Assembly (NCBI GenBank): GCA_965242865.1
Contig: CBDETK010000013.1
Coordinates: forward strand, 4,096,001 to 4,160,000
Direction of reading: 5' to 3'
DNA: 64,000 nt
From: Candidatus Latescibacterota bacterium
Lineage (GTDB): Bacteria > Latescibacterota > UBA2968 > UBA8231
Shown piece by piece: positions 51,810 through 60,795 of this stretch (position 1 is the first letter of the stretch; the number at the start of each line of letters is the position of its first letter). Both the position numbers and the translations under genes were made by a program. The notes below the pieces were generated by a model, which was not told the DNA's origin, ran no database searches, and saw nothing but the letters and a program-made list of their open reading frames with translations.

Positions 51810-53078
51810 TTAGATTCCCAGATGGTCGTTGATCTCGGCTTGGTAGGCGTTGATCTGGTCGTCGCAGACCGCGTCGACCGAGAGCGCCCGGCCGGCGACT
51901 TGCGACTCCAGCAAGCTATAGGACAGGCCCACGGCGCGAGCACCGTGCTGGGCATCCACTTCGGGCTGTCTTCCCTGCTGAATACAGACGCCGAGCTCGT
52001 GGTATTCGACGGCGATTAGCTTGCGGTCGGTCTCGGGAAAGGGAAAGCAATACTCGTGTAGCCGGTCGCCGCCGAAGAGCGCGGCCGTGGCCTCGTCGAG
52101 GCGGAAATCGGGCACGAGGTCGAACAGGGCTTGGTCGTCTAGGGGGGCTGCGCTGTCGAGGTGGAGCGCGAGGCGATTGCCCGAGCGGTCGCCGGGCAGG
52201 TCCAGCGAACCGCGGCTGCCGTGGATGGACCGTCGCGACAGGCTTTGGCCGTGGGCCGCGTGGTCTTCGATGTACTGGGCGACCGCGCCGCTTTTGAAGA
52301 GGATGGTGGCGTAGGCCGCGTCGTCCGCGGTCGCGGCAAACTCCGCGGGCATGTCTTTTTGCCAACGTTCATAGACGCCCCCTGGGGAACCGCCGCTCAG
52401 GTCGCGGCCGGCTACGGGGTTTTTGCGGATCGGCTCGTGCAGGCGCGTTTGCGCGTAGGCCGTGTCGGCTTCTCCGAGGAAGTACTCCATGATGTCGGCA
52501 AAGTGAACGCCCACGTCGAGGAGGACGCCGCTGGCGTTTTTCTGGTGCCGCCACACGGAAATGAGCATGCCGTCGCCGCCGCCCATGGCAATTTGCTGCA
52601 TCAGGCGCGGACGCCCGATGACGTCGGCGTCGAGCAGAGCTTTGGCGAGGCGGTTTACGGGGTCGCGGCGGTAGTTTTCGGCCACGGAGAGGACGCACCC
52701 GGTCTCTTGGGCTTTGGCGATCATCTGCTTGCAGGCGCGGGTGGTAAGCCCCATGGGTTTTTCGCACAGCGCGTGCCAGCCGCGCTCCATGGCCTCGATG
52801 GCCACCGTGTGGTGATGGGCCGGTAGGGTGGTGATGTCAACGGCTTGGACCGGGGCGGCCGAAGCCAGTTCCGCGAGGTCTTTGACGGGTTGGGGCCGCG
52901 TGCCTAGCCGCTCTTCGGCTTGGTCGGCGAGCGAGCGGGCGTTGTCGAGGTTGGGGTCGCAGGCCCCGACCAACTCAAAGGGCGACAGGCCCGTGCGTTG
53001 CAGTTCGGCGAGGCCGTAGAGATGGCGGTGGCCCATGCCGCCGCAGCCGACGATGGCGAGGGGCAGTTTTTCAGACAT
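51810..53078 (-). CDS. Gfo/Idh/MocA oxidoreductase
   Basis: IVGCGGMG, CEKP, AENYR, DVGVHFAD. Confidence 0.92.
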   Translation of the reverse strand: MSEKLPLAIVGCGGMGHRHLYGLAELQRTGLSPFELVGACDPNLDNARSLADQAEERLGTRPQPVKDLAELASAAPVQAVDITTLPAHHHTVAIEAMERGWHALCEKPMGLTTRACKQMIAKAQETGCVLSVAENYRRDPVNRLAKALLDADVIGRPRLMQQIAMGGGDGMLISVWRHQKNASGVLLDVGVHFADIMEYFLGEADTAYAQTRLHEPIRKNPVAGRDLSGGSPGGVYERWQKDMPAEFAATADDAAYATILFKSGAVAQYIEDHAAHGQSLSRRSIHGSRGSLDLPGDRSGNRLALHLDSAAPLDDQALFDLVPDFRLDEATAALFGGDRLHEYCFPFPETDRKLIAVEYHELGVCIQQGRQPEVDAQHGARAVGLSYSLLESQVAGRALSVDAVCDDQINAYQAEINDHLGI

Positions 53079-53198
53079 ATCCATCCTTTCTATAATGTAA
53101 TAGATCAATATAAGGTGCTAGGGCGATGCTCTCCACTTGAGGTTGTGGCGGTAAAGGTCCGTATATTGTTCCGTATCCATGTATAACCGGAGGATTCC

Positions 53199-53444
53199 AT
53201 GTCCCAATTGACCCGACGAGTCGAAGTGTTGTTTTCGGAGGGAATGGCGGCTCATCTGAAAGAAGTTGCCGAGCGCGAGAACGCTTCAGTGGGTACTTTG
53301 ATTCGCCAAGCTGTGCAGGAAAAGTACGGCATCGCCTCCAGCGACGAGAAGCTCGCCGCAGTAGAACGTTTGTACGCTCTCGAAGCCCCGATTGGCGACT
53401 GGGGCCTTATGGAGCACGAAATCATTGCGGGAGCACAGGCGTGA
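53199..53444 (+). CDS. RHH/CopG-type antitoxin
   Basis: RRVEVLF...L...A.....SVG.LIR.AV; RBS GGAGG; GTGA coupling to the PIN-like stub. Confidence 0.75.
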   Translation: MSQLTRRVEVLFSEGMAAHLKEVAERENASVGTLIRQAVQEKYGIASSDEKLAAVERLYALEAPIGDWGLMEHEIIAGAQA

Positions 53445-53527
53445 GGGTGCTTATAGACGCGAAATCCCCGATGGATTGGCTCGCTGCTGAGACTGAGGCC
53501 ACAGAGAGCGAGGACGATAATCCATGA
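53441..53527 (+). pseudogene. 5' stub of a VapC/PIN toxin
   Basis: Reads (M)RVLIDAKSPM, resembling the PIN N-terminal hhhD.N.PM motif, then ends after 28 codons. Confidence 0.5.
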
Positions 53528-54075
53528 CAACTGTCGAACATATTGCCACGGCGGCGGACTTAGAGCGACTATCGGACGACGGGTTCCGCTACGAATTAGT
53601 AGATGGGGAGGTGCGTAAGATGACGCTGGCAAGCAGTGAACACGGCAAAATCGCGATGCGCGTCGCGTGGCGCTTGGCCCAGCACGTTGAGACCCATGGC
53701 TTGGGGGCGGTGTATGCGGCGGAAACCGGGTTTCGCTTGGCGTCTGACCCGGACACGGTGCGGGCACCGGATGCGGCTTTTGTGAGTCAGGCACGGCTGG
53801 ATGCGGTTGGCGCGGTGGCTGGCTATTGGCCGGGTGCGCCCGATTTGGTGGTGGAGGTGGTTTCTCCGGGGGATCGCTCTGGGGAAGTGGCGGAAAAGGT
53901 GGCGGCTTGGCTGGCGGCAGGGACGCAGATGGTGGTGGTCATTGAGCCTCGGCAGCGCACGGTGGCGGTGCATCGTGCGGTCGGCGTCATTCGCACTTTG
54001 CGGGAAGGCGATGTGTTGGAGGGGGGAGAGGTGGTGCCGGGGTGGGAGGTGCCGGTCGCGGCGTTGTTCTCCTAG
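53524..54075 (+). CDS. Uma2-family PD-(D/E)XK endonuclease, copy 1
   Basis: RYELVDG, H, RAPDAAF, PDLVVEVVSP, K...W. Confidence 0.92.
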   Translation: MTTVEHIATAADLERLSDDGFRYELVDGEVRKMTLASSEHGKIAMRVAWRLAQHVETHGLGAVYAAETGFRLASDPDTVRAPDAAFVSQARLDAVGAVAGYWPGAPDLVVEVVSPGDRSGEVAEKVAAWLAAGTQMVVVIEPRQRTVAVHRAVGVIRTLREGDVLEGGEVVPGWEVPVAALFS

Positions 54076-54154
54076 TAGGGCGAGTATGCGCCGCGAGGAT
54101 CACTCAGATGAAACGTCGTGCTTACTACGTGCTTACTATATGACACCCGCCTTC

Positions 54155-54207
54155 CCGGGATCGAGGGCATCTTGCCCTCGCCGAAGGCGGGACCCCCTCG
54201 ATCCCGG
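54155..54207. repeat. family A REP-like palindrome, copy 4
   Basis: CCGGGATCGAGGGCATCTTGCCCTCGCCGAAGGCGGGACCCCCTCGATCCCGG; preceded by an 11-bp tandem CGTGCTTACTA x2 (54117-54138). Confidence 0.9.
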
Positions 54208-54281
54208 ATGGAGCGGGAACAGCAGAAAAGACGTACGTAAAGTACTTAGCGCGTCGTATATAAAAGGACGGATAGAACCTT

Positions 54282-54833
54282 ATGACAATCGTCGAACGTA
54301 TTGCCACAGCGGCGGACTTAGCGCGACTATCGGACGACGGGTTCCGCTACGAATTAGTAGATGGGGAGGTGCGTAAGATGACGCCAGCAAGCAATGTACA
54401 CGGCAAGATCGCCGCGTTGGTGACGGCATCGCTAGTGCAGCACGTGCTGGTCAATCGCTTGGGGGCGGTGTATGCGGCGGAAACGGGGTTCCGCTTGGCG
54501 TCTGACCCGGACACGGTACGGGCACCGGATGCGGCTTTCGTGAGTCAGGCGCGGCTGGATGCGGTTGGCGCGGTGGCTGGCTATTGGCCGGGTGCGCCCG
54601 ATTTGGTGGTAGAGGTGGTTTCGCCGGGGGATCGCTCCGGGGAAGTGGCGGAAAAGGTGGCGGCTTGGCTGGCGGCAGGGACGCAGATGGTGGTGGTCAT
54701 TGAGCCGCGACCGCGCACGGTGGCGGTGCATCGTGCGGACGGTGTCATTTGCACTTTGCTGGAAGGCGATGTGCTAGAGGGCGGCGCGGTGGTGCCGGGG
54801 TGGGAGGTGCCGGTTGCGGCCTTGTTCGCCTAG
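54282..54833 (+). CDS. Uma2-family endonuclease, copy 2
   Basis: Same length as copy 1 (183 aa); identical over residues 60-143. Confidence 0.92.
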   Translation: MTIVERIATAADLARLSDDGFRYELVDGEVRKMTPASNVHGKIAALVTASLVQHVLVNRLGAVYAAETGFRLASDPDTVRAPDAAFVSQARLDAVGAVAGYWPGAPDLVVEVVSPGDRSGEVAEKVAAWLAAGTQMVVVIEPRPRTVAVHRADGVICTLLEGDVLEGGAVVPGWEVPVAALFA

Positions 54834-54852
54834 GGCAGCAAGCAAGAATACG

Positions 54853-54883
54853 TAGCGGCCTGCTGGAAATCAGCAGGCCGCTA
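54853..54883. terminator. hairpin between convergent genes
   Basis: TAGCGGCCTGCTG-GAAAT-CAGCAGGCCGCTA, perfect 13-bp stem. Confidence 0.75.
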
Positions 54884-54894
54884 TATACAGCAAC

Positions 54895-55146
54895 CTACAA
54901 AGCATCATCATCCAATTCAGATTCAATTTTCTCTTTAGCGTCTATAAAGGTTGCCCAGAACGGGCCTTCATAAGTCAATTTTATAAATCCCCGACCTCGC
55001 CTAAGCCCTTCAAGTTGCAAGCCTACAGCTATACCTGATTCCTTATCTTCAAAAGCAGACATCCAGAACCCACAACCGGAATAGTCCAAACACTGATAAA
55101 ATTCATCCGGCTCGTCCCATAACTTCAAACCGGAAATTTCTAACAC
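54895..55146 (-). CDS. small acidic AT-rich orphan protein
   Basis: RBS GGAGG + GTG, 83 aa, aromatic/acidic composition. Confidence 0.5.
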   Translation of the reverse strand: MLEISGLKLWDEPDEFYQCLDYSGCGFWMSAFEDKESGIAVGLQLEGLRRGRGFIKLTYEGPFWATFIDAKEKIESELDDDAL

Positions 55147-55234
55147 GTGGCCCTCCGGTTTTAGAATAATAAGGATATGGACGATTAGCAACCTTATGAC
55201 GTCTAAATATCCAAAGGTCTTTGAACAGCGAAGC

Positions 55235-57073
55235 TCAGCCGCGCAGCGGCCCGCGCTGGGGGTCGGCGAGCGGCACCGGGGCCGAGAGCGCGATCAGCTC
55301 GGGAATGTCGAATTCGGCCAGTAGGCCAAAGCAATAAAGGGACGGGGCCGCGTCGTAAGGCAGGGGCCAGTCGATGAGGTGGCCCAAGGAATCGAGCAGG
55401 GTGTTGGTCGTCAGGGAGGCGAGGGCTTGGGGTTTTAGCGCCGCGGCGATCAGCGCGACGACCGGACAGACGCGGCCATGGGCCGTTAGGTGCAACACGC
55501 GGCTCTTTTGGCTCGCTATCGCCAGCAGCGCGAGCACTTGGCCGACTTGGATGCCGAGCGGGCGCTGGCCGGCGGTGGCAATTAGCATCTGGTGGCGCGG
55601 GTCGGCGCGGAGTTCGCCGGTAGAGAAAATATCGGCGACGAGCACCCGTCGGCCTTGCGCGAGGGCGGTGGCCAGCGGGGCCGCGACTGCACCGCGCCCG
55701 CCATCGGCGATGATCAGCTCAAGACCCCGAGGACGCGGCGGCGTATATTCGGTCAGCGGCAGGGTCCAAGTATCGTCGAGGTGCAATAGATAGTGTTGGA
55801 TGGTGCCGGCTTTGCGCTTTTGTGCGGGACTGGCTTCTTGCAGGAGCCTGTTTTTCCACTGCGGCAGCTTGAGTAATGACGCGAGCACTTGCCGTGCAGC
55901 GGCTGGCGGACGCGCTTTGCTGGCGCGCTTCCTGATCGTGCAAAGGGCGGCCTGCGCGATGGAGAGCAAGGTGGCGTTGTCGAGAGGTAAGCCGACGGCG
56001 AGGGCTTCTTCGGTTTGCAATTCGTCGCGATAGGGCAGGTCGTCGTCGGGTGTTTTTAATCCCCAGTGTTGGTTGGGAAATTTGTAGAGTTGGCGGCGAT
56101 TGTCGCGCTCGTAGTTGTGGGTGCCGGGGTCGGTGTTGTCGTAGAGGGCGATGTTGTCGCGGGCGCCGAGGAGCGCGAAGACCGGGCGAATGGGTTCGTA
56201 GATGGATTTGCGCGCCCGCCGCGTCTGGAAGCAGCAGTCGTCGTGGCGGTTGTACATGAGCAAGGTCGGGCGCGGCGCAAAGAGCGCGGAGAGCGCGTCG
56301 TAATCGGCCACCGTGCAGAGGTCGGCCGGGCATTGTTCTTGGTCGCCGATGTCCTCGATGCAGCCGCGGCGCTGCCAGACGGCCGAATGACCCGCGACCG
56401 GCACGATGACTTTGACGCGCTCGTCGAGTGCTGCGAGCAGAGCCGTTTGCCAACCGCCGCCCGACAGACCGGTCATTGCTACGCGCTCGGGATCGGCCTG
56501 GGGGTGAGCGAGCAGCACGTCAAGGCCGCGCTTCATCAACAGGTAGAACACGCCGATGCCGGCGATGCCGCACAAGTCGAGATGGCCGATGCGATTGTGT
56601 TCGACATCGGCGCGCAGCTCTCCCATCCCAAGAAATTCGGTGTTGAGTGCCAGCATGCCGCGCTTGGCGAGGTTGATGCAACGGGCCTGCTTGTAATCCA
56701 TGGCCTTGCCGCCAGCGTGGTGCCCATTGGGGTTGAGAATCGCCGGTGCCTTTTCCCCGAGCGGGTCCGGCTCGTAGAGCAGGGCCGGCACCCAGAGGCC
56801 GGGGTAGCCCTCGTAGCGCAACTTGCGGATGGTGTAGCCGGCCCCGGTCTCGATGCGGTCGCCCCAGTGGACTTGCGGCTGTTCCGCGAGGAGGCCGACG
56901 GGATGACCGCGGAAGAACAGGTCGAGAACTTGGGCGCGCAGGGCCGGGGCTTGCTCGCGCCAAGCTGCGGCCGAAGTGGGAGGTGTGAAGTGCGGCAGGT
57001 GCTCGCCGAGGAAGGCGAGGATTTGCCGGTGGGCCTTGGGGCCGATGAGCTTTCTGTGTAGGGTGCGCTGCAT
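55235..57073 (-). CDS. alpha/beta hydrolase, acetylxylan-esterase-like
   Basis: PNGH, GMGE, VxxTGLSGGG nucleophile elbow, APRP.L, DDCCF, HNY; start MQRT chosen because the upstream region is the rloB remnant. Confidence 0.8.
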   Translation of the reverse strand: MQRTLHRKLIGPKAHRQILAFLGEHLPHFTPPTSAAAWREQAPALRAQVLDLFFRGHPVGLLAEQPQVHWGDRIETGAGYTIRKLRYEGYPGLWVPALLYEPDPLGEKAPAILNPNGHHAGGKAMDYKQARCINLAKRGMLALNTEFLGMGELRADVEHNRIGHLDLCGIAGIGVFYLLMKRGLDVLLAHPQADPERVAMTGLSGGGWQTALLAALDERVKVIVPVAGHSAVWQRRGCIEDIGDQEQCPADLCTVADYDALSALFAPRPTLLMYNRHDDCCFQTRRARKSIYEPIRPVFALLGARDNIALYDNTDPGTHNYERDNRRQLYKFPNQHWGLKTPDDDLPYRDELQTEEALAVGLPLDNATLLSIAQAALCTIRKRASKARPPAAARQVLASLLKLPQWKNRLLQEASPAQKRKAGTIQHYLLHLDDTWTLPLTEYTPPRPRGLELIIADGGRGAVAAPLATALAQGRRVLVADIFSTGELRADPRHQMLIATAGQRPLGIQVGQVLALLAIASQKSRVLHLTAHGRVCPVVALIAAALKPQALASLTTNTLLDSLGHLIDWPLPYDAAPSLYCFGLLAEFDIPELIALSAPVPLADPQRGPLRG

Positions 57074-57077
57074 GGAA

Positions 57078-57397
57078 TTATGGCCTTTCTCTAAGGATAT
57101 TCTCGACCAGTTTGTACACTGTTGTACTACCGAATGTACGTGGCCAATCCGCGCATGGAGGGTTATCGCGGACTTTGGCTCGACGGATAGCATCTTCGAT
57201 CATGGCGGTCGTGATCTTTCGGTGATCAAGGCCCTTGTCGTAGTTGGGAAGACGCTTCTTTAGCCGAACGAAACATTCGCTTGGCGAACCGATGTTAGTG
57301 CCATCTTCAAAATGGAGTAACAGCCAATACTCGAACTTGGGATTGCTCAGGGCGAATCCGTAAGTGGTCTGCGAAGTTTACGTCTTTTCGGCGACAT
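57078..57397 (-). pseudogene. RloB-family (AbiLii-like) gene with an out-of-frame internal deletion
   Basis: [12 protein letters not shown] joined out of frame to [20 protein letters not shown]...LPNYDK...TTVYKLVE. Confidence 0.85.
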
Positions 57398-58742
57398 CCG
57401 TCGTCTCCTCATTTTCTTCCGTGCGCTGAGGATTGGTGAGAACACCCTCCAACAAAATGCGAGGGATGCCCCCCAGCCGTCCCTGTAGGTAGCTTTTCCT
57501 AAGGTCCTTGTCGTAACGAACATCTTTGTATTCGCTGAAGGAAAACAGGCTGGACGCGCCGGACTTATCCCTTTCCGCCACCCACATTTCGTCTCGGCGC
57601 AGCAACTGCTGATCCATCAACATAACGTCGTGGGTCGTCAGTAACAGTTGGGTCCGAGTTTTCGTAGAGCAACGGGCTAGATATGCCTCGATCAGTTGGC
57701 GGATCAGCAGGGGATGGAGACTGCGGTCAATCTCGTCAATGACAAAGACTTTCGGCGACGTTTGCGCCGAAAGTTCGAGAAAGGTGGGTAGGAGATCAAT
57801 AACCCGTCGTGATCCATCCGATTCTTGAAAGATCTCAAACTTGGCTTCTGTGCCGTCCGATTTCGGATGAAAGGAGACCATTTTCTTTGCGATCAATTCA
57901 CCGTTCTTGCGCGTGACCACGAACCGGGCATTGACTAGTTCATCCCTCAACTGAACAGCCATGCCTTCTTCCACTTCTTCCTGAAGCATGGTCTTTAATG
58001 GATCGGGAAATGGGATGTTTTCGACTGGAACTTCTTCGCTGTCGAGATGGGCGATCCCGGTATCGAGCTGTTGCAACATCTCGTTCATAGCCGAGTGCAG
58101 TGGACCTTTCTCATCAAGGAACTGGTCAAAGGGTTCAAATCGCGAATCGGGTGCGACCAACTCGAGCGTATCCTCGAACCAGTCATAGACTGGTCTGAAG
58201 TTGTCCACCTTTTGAGATACGGAATTGGTCAGGAAAAGCTGATTGTCGCGGGTCCCCCTGAAAGCGAACTGTAGAAACGAGTCTTTGGCGAGCGATGCGT
58301 CAAAATTGATTTTTCCGTCGCGGCGTTCATAGAGCACTTTTTCACTGGTACTGGTGATTACCACGAGCCTTTCCTCTAGAACCGCCTTGCGGGTCACTGC
58401 AAAGCTGAAGTCGTAGATGGTCTCATCAATCAGCAGCTCAAAGACGAAGCGCGAGGGGTGGTTCGTCCTCTCGTCATCCAAGAGGAACGTCTCGACCGGG
58501 ATCAGGCTGTCGGGTCTAGTGCCCCTGACGACTAGCCTCTTGGCAAAATGCAGTGCTTTAAAAAAATTAGTCTTGCCCGAGGCGTTGCCTCCGTAGAGTG
58601 CTGCAATCGGAAGAACTCTCGCTTGGTACTTGCCGAGCTTGGGAACGCGTTCTCCATGCTGGCGCTCTCGGCTGGCAACCATCGAAAAGGTCGCTTGGTC
58701 GCGGAAGGACATCCAGTTTTCAACGGAGAAATTGATTATCAT
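57378..58742 (-). CDS. AAA_21 ATPase (RloA/AbiLi-like)
   Basis: [58 protein letters not shown]. Confidence 0.9.
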   Translation of the reverse strand: MIINFSVENWMSFRDQATFSMVASRERQHGERVPKLGKYQARVLPIAALYGGNASGKTNFFKALHFAKRLVVRGTRPDSLIPVETFLLDDERTNHPSRFVFELLIDETIYDFSFAVTRKAVLEERLVVITSTSEKVLYERRDGKINFDASLAKDSFLQFAFRGTRDNQLFLTNSVSQKVDNFRPVYDWFEDTLELVAPDSRFEPFDQFLDEKGPLHSAMNEMLQQLDTGIAHLDSEEVPVENIPFPDPLKTMLQEEVEEGMAVQLRDELVNARFVVTRKNGELIAKKMVSFHPKSDGTEAKFEIFQESDGSRRVIDLLPTFLELSAQTSPKVFVIDEIDRSLHPLLIRQLIEAYLARCSTKTRTQLLLTTHDVMLMDQQLLRRDEMWVAERDKSGASSLFSFSEYKDVRYDKDLRKSYLQGRLGGIPRILLEGVLTNPQRTEENEETTDVAEKT

Positions 58743-58862
58743 TTTATCCTCTGCTGGTTAGATTTTTTCGTTTTATTATCTCTTAAAGTTGGGAATTCTA
58801 CTCAAAGATCAATATAAAAGAGAAAATATCTCTTTATCTAGTCTTAAATATATGAATCCTGC

Positions 58863-58891
58863 TTGACACGCCAAGTGGGGTTTGCTATCAC
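58863..58891 (+). promoter_or_regulatory. sigma70-type promoter of the NUDIX gene
   Basis: TTGACA, 17 bp, TATCAC with extended -10 TG; RBS GGAGG downstream. Confidence 0.55.
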
Positions 58892-58916
58892 TAGCGACCA
58901 TTGAGGGAGGCGGGAT

Positions 58917-59693
58917 ATGAAACCTATTGCGGCAACGACCAATCCATTCGGCGGCATCCTTCCCAAGCCAGAGGCTCTCGACCCCGATCCGGCGGCGTTT
59001 GCCGAGCGGCTGCGCGTTTCGCTGGCGGCTTGGAAGGACGAAGGCTATCGGGTCGTCTGGCTGGAGGTCTCCATTGCCAAGGCGGCGTTGATCCCGGTAG
59101 CGGTGGAAGCTGGATTTGCATTCCACCACAGCAGCGACAGCTATCTAATGCTGACCTTGCAGATCGAAGAAGGTGCTTATGTGCCAGCCCACGCTTCGCA
59201 CTATATCGGCGCGGGCGGCGTGGTGCTCAACGAGGCGCGGGAACTGTTGGTGGTCAGCGAAAAGTACCATCGACGTGCGCCCGGGCCGCCGCGCTACAAG
59301 CTGCCCGGCGGTGCGCTGCACGCTGGCGAGCACTTGGCCGAGGCCGTGGTGCGCGAAGTCGCTGAGGAGACCGGAGTCGAGACCGAATTCGACGCGCTGG
59401 TGTGCTTCCGCCACTGGCACGGCTACCGCTTCGGCAAGTCGGATATTTACTTCGTCTGCCGCCTGCGTCCACGGAGCGCGGAGATTCGCATCCAAGAGGA
59501 CGAGATCGCCGAGTGCCGGTGGATGCCGGTGGCCGATTATCTGGCCGAGGAAAACGTCAGTGCCTTTAACAAGCGAATCGTCGAAGCGGCACTCAACAGC
59601 ACGGGGGTGCGGCTGACCGAGATGGAGGGGTACGGTACACCGGAGCAGTACGAGTTTTTCATGCCGCCGGAGTCGGGGCGGAAGGGGAGCTAA
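58917..59693 (+). CDS. NUDIX hydrolase, Nudt6/plant NUDT2-like
   Basis: SL..WK..G...VW, GF.FHH, intact Nudix box GG.....E.....A.REV.EETG, FGKSDIYF. Confidence 0.88.
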   Translation: MKPIAATTNPFGGILPKPEALDPDPAAFAERLRVSLAAWKDEGYRVVWLEVSIAKAALIPVAVEAGFAFHHSSDSYLMLTLQIEEGAYVPAHASHYIGAGGVVLNEARELLVVSEKYHRRAPGPPRYKLPGGALHAGEHLAEAVVREVAEETGVETEFDALVCFRHWHGYRFGKSDIYFVCRLRPRSAEIRIQEDEIAECRWMPVADYLAEENVSAFNKRIVEAALNSTGVRLTEMEGYGTPEQYEFFMPPESGRKGS

Positions 59694-59694
59694 A

Positions 59695-59754
59695 GTGATT
59701 TATCTGGATAATAATGCCACGACTTCCAAGGTCTGCCTATCCGCGACGCGATAG
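59695..59754 (+). pseudogene. 5' stub of an IscS/NifS cysteine desulfurase
   Basis: RBS GGGGAG + GTG ATT TAT CTG GAT AAT AAT GCC ACG ACT = MIYLDNNATT, stop 10 codons later. Confidence 0.7.
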
Positions 59755-59784
59755 CGCATTCTATGCCACCCGCGCCGTTGCCCG

Positions 59785-60783
59785 CTAGCCCGCCAAATCC
59801 AATTTATCCAGCACTTTTTTGTTGACCACGTGATCGGGGACTCTGCCCCGCAATAGCGCGACGATGCTCTGGGCGGCGACGAGGGCCATGCGCTTGCGGG
59901 CGCTTAGGGTCTTGGAGCCGGTGTGGGGCAGGGCCAGCACCTCGTCGCGGCGGACTAGGTCGAGGGATTGGCCTTGCGGCGGCTCAGTGGCTTGGCAGTC
60001 GAGCCCGGCACCGGCTAAGTGGCCGCTGTCGAGCGCGGCGATCAGGGCGGCCTCGTCAACCAAACCGCCGCGAGCGGTGTTGATCAAGTAGGAACCCTTT
60101 TTCATAAGGCCGAGGAACTCGGCATTGACGAGATGGCGGTTTTGCTCGGCCAGCGGCAGGTGCAAGGTAACGGCGTCGGCTTGGGACAGGAGCGCGGCGC
60201 GGTCGGCCGGCTCGGCGCCGAGGGCGCGGATTTGTGCGTCGTCGAGATAGGGATCGTGGACCAAGACCTGCATCTTGAAGCCGCGAGCGCGGCGCACGAC
60301 TTCGGCGCCGATGCGCCCACAGCCGACCAACCCCAAGGTCATGACGCAGAGATCTTCGCCAACGGGAACGTCGTAGGTGCCTTCCGCCTTGACCCGCTGG
60401 TCGCCCAACCGGAGCGAGCGCACCATGCCGAGGAGCAAGGCAAAGGTCAGGTCGGCCACGGCGTCGGCCATGGCGCCGGGGGTATTGGTGACGACGATGC
60501 CGCGCTGGGTGCAGTAATCGAGATCGACCTTGTCGAAGCCGACGCCGTTGCGGGCGATGATCTTGAGCTGGGTTGCTCGGTCCATGGTAGCGGCGTTGAG
60601 GTTTTCGCCGCCGGCCAGCAGGGCGTCGAAGCCGTTTAGCTTAGTGCGCGTCTCCGCGTCGGGCCAGCCGGGTTGGGGCTGCTGGACCTCGATGGCGAAG
60701 CCGGCGCGCCCCATAAGCGCACGGGCTTGGCTTTGGCCTTGAAACTCGATTTCGACGCTGGACAGGATGCGGGGTTGAGCCAT
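59785..60783 (-). CDS. D-isomer-specific 2-hydroxyacid dehydrogenase (SerA-like)
   Basis: RNGVGFD, NTPG, GLVGCGRIG, LHLPL, INTARG, E, PH.G. Confidence 0.92.
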   Translation of the reverse strand: MAQPRILSSVEIEFQGQSQARALMGRAGFAIEVQQPQPGWPDAETRTKLNGFDALLAGGENLNAATMDRATQLKIIARNGVGFDKVDLDYCTQRGIVVTNTPGAMADAVADLTFALLLGMVRSLRLGDQRVKAEGTYDVPVGEDLCVMTLGLVGCGRIGAEVVRRARGFKMQVLVHDPYLDDAQIRALGAEPADRAALLSQADAVTLHLPLAEQNRHLVNAEFLGLMKKGSYLINTARGGLVDEAALIAALDSGHLAGAGLDCQATEPPQGQSLDLVRRDEVLALPHTGSKTLSARKRMALVAAQSIVALLRGRVPDHVVNKKVLDKLDLAG

Positions 60784-60795
60784 CTGTTCCTCATT

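Noticed and set aside
57074-57193. N-terminal extension of the 652-aa hydrolase ORF
   Set aside because: It overlaps the rloB remnant in another frame; ATG 57073 is the more plausible start.
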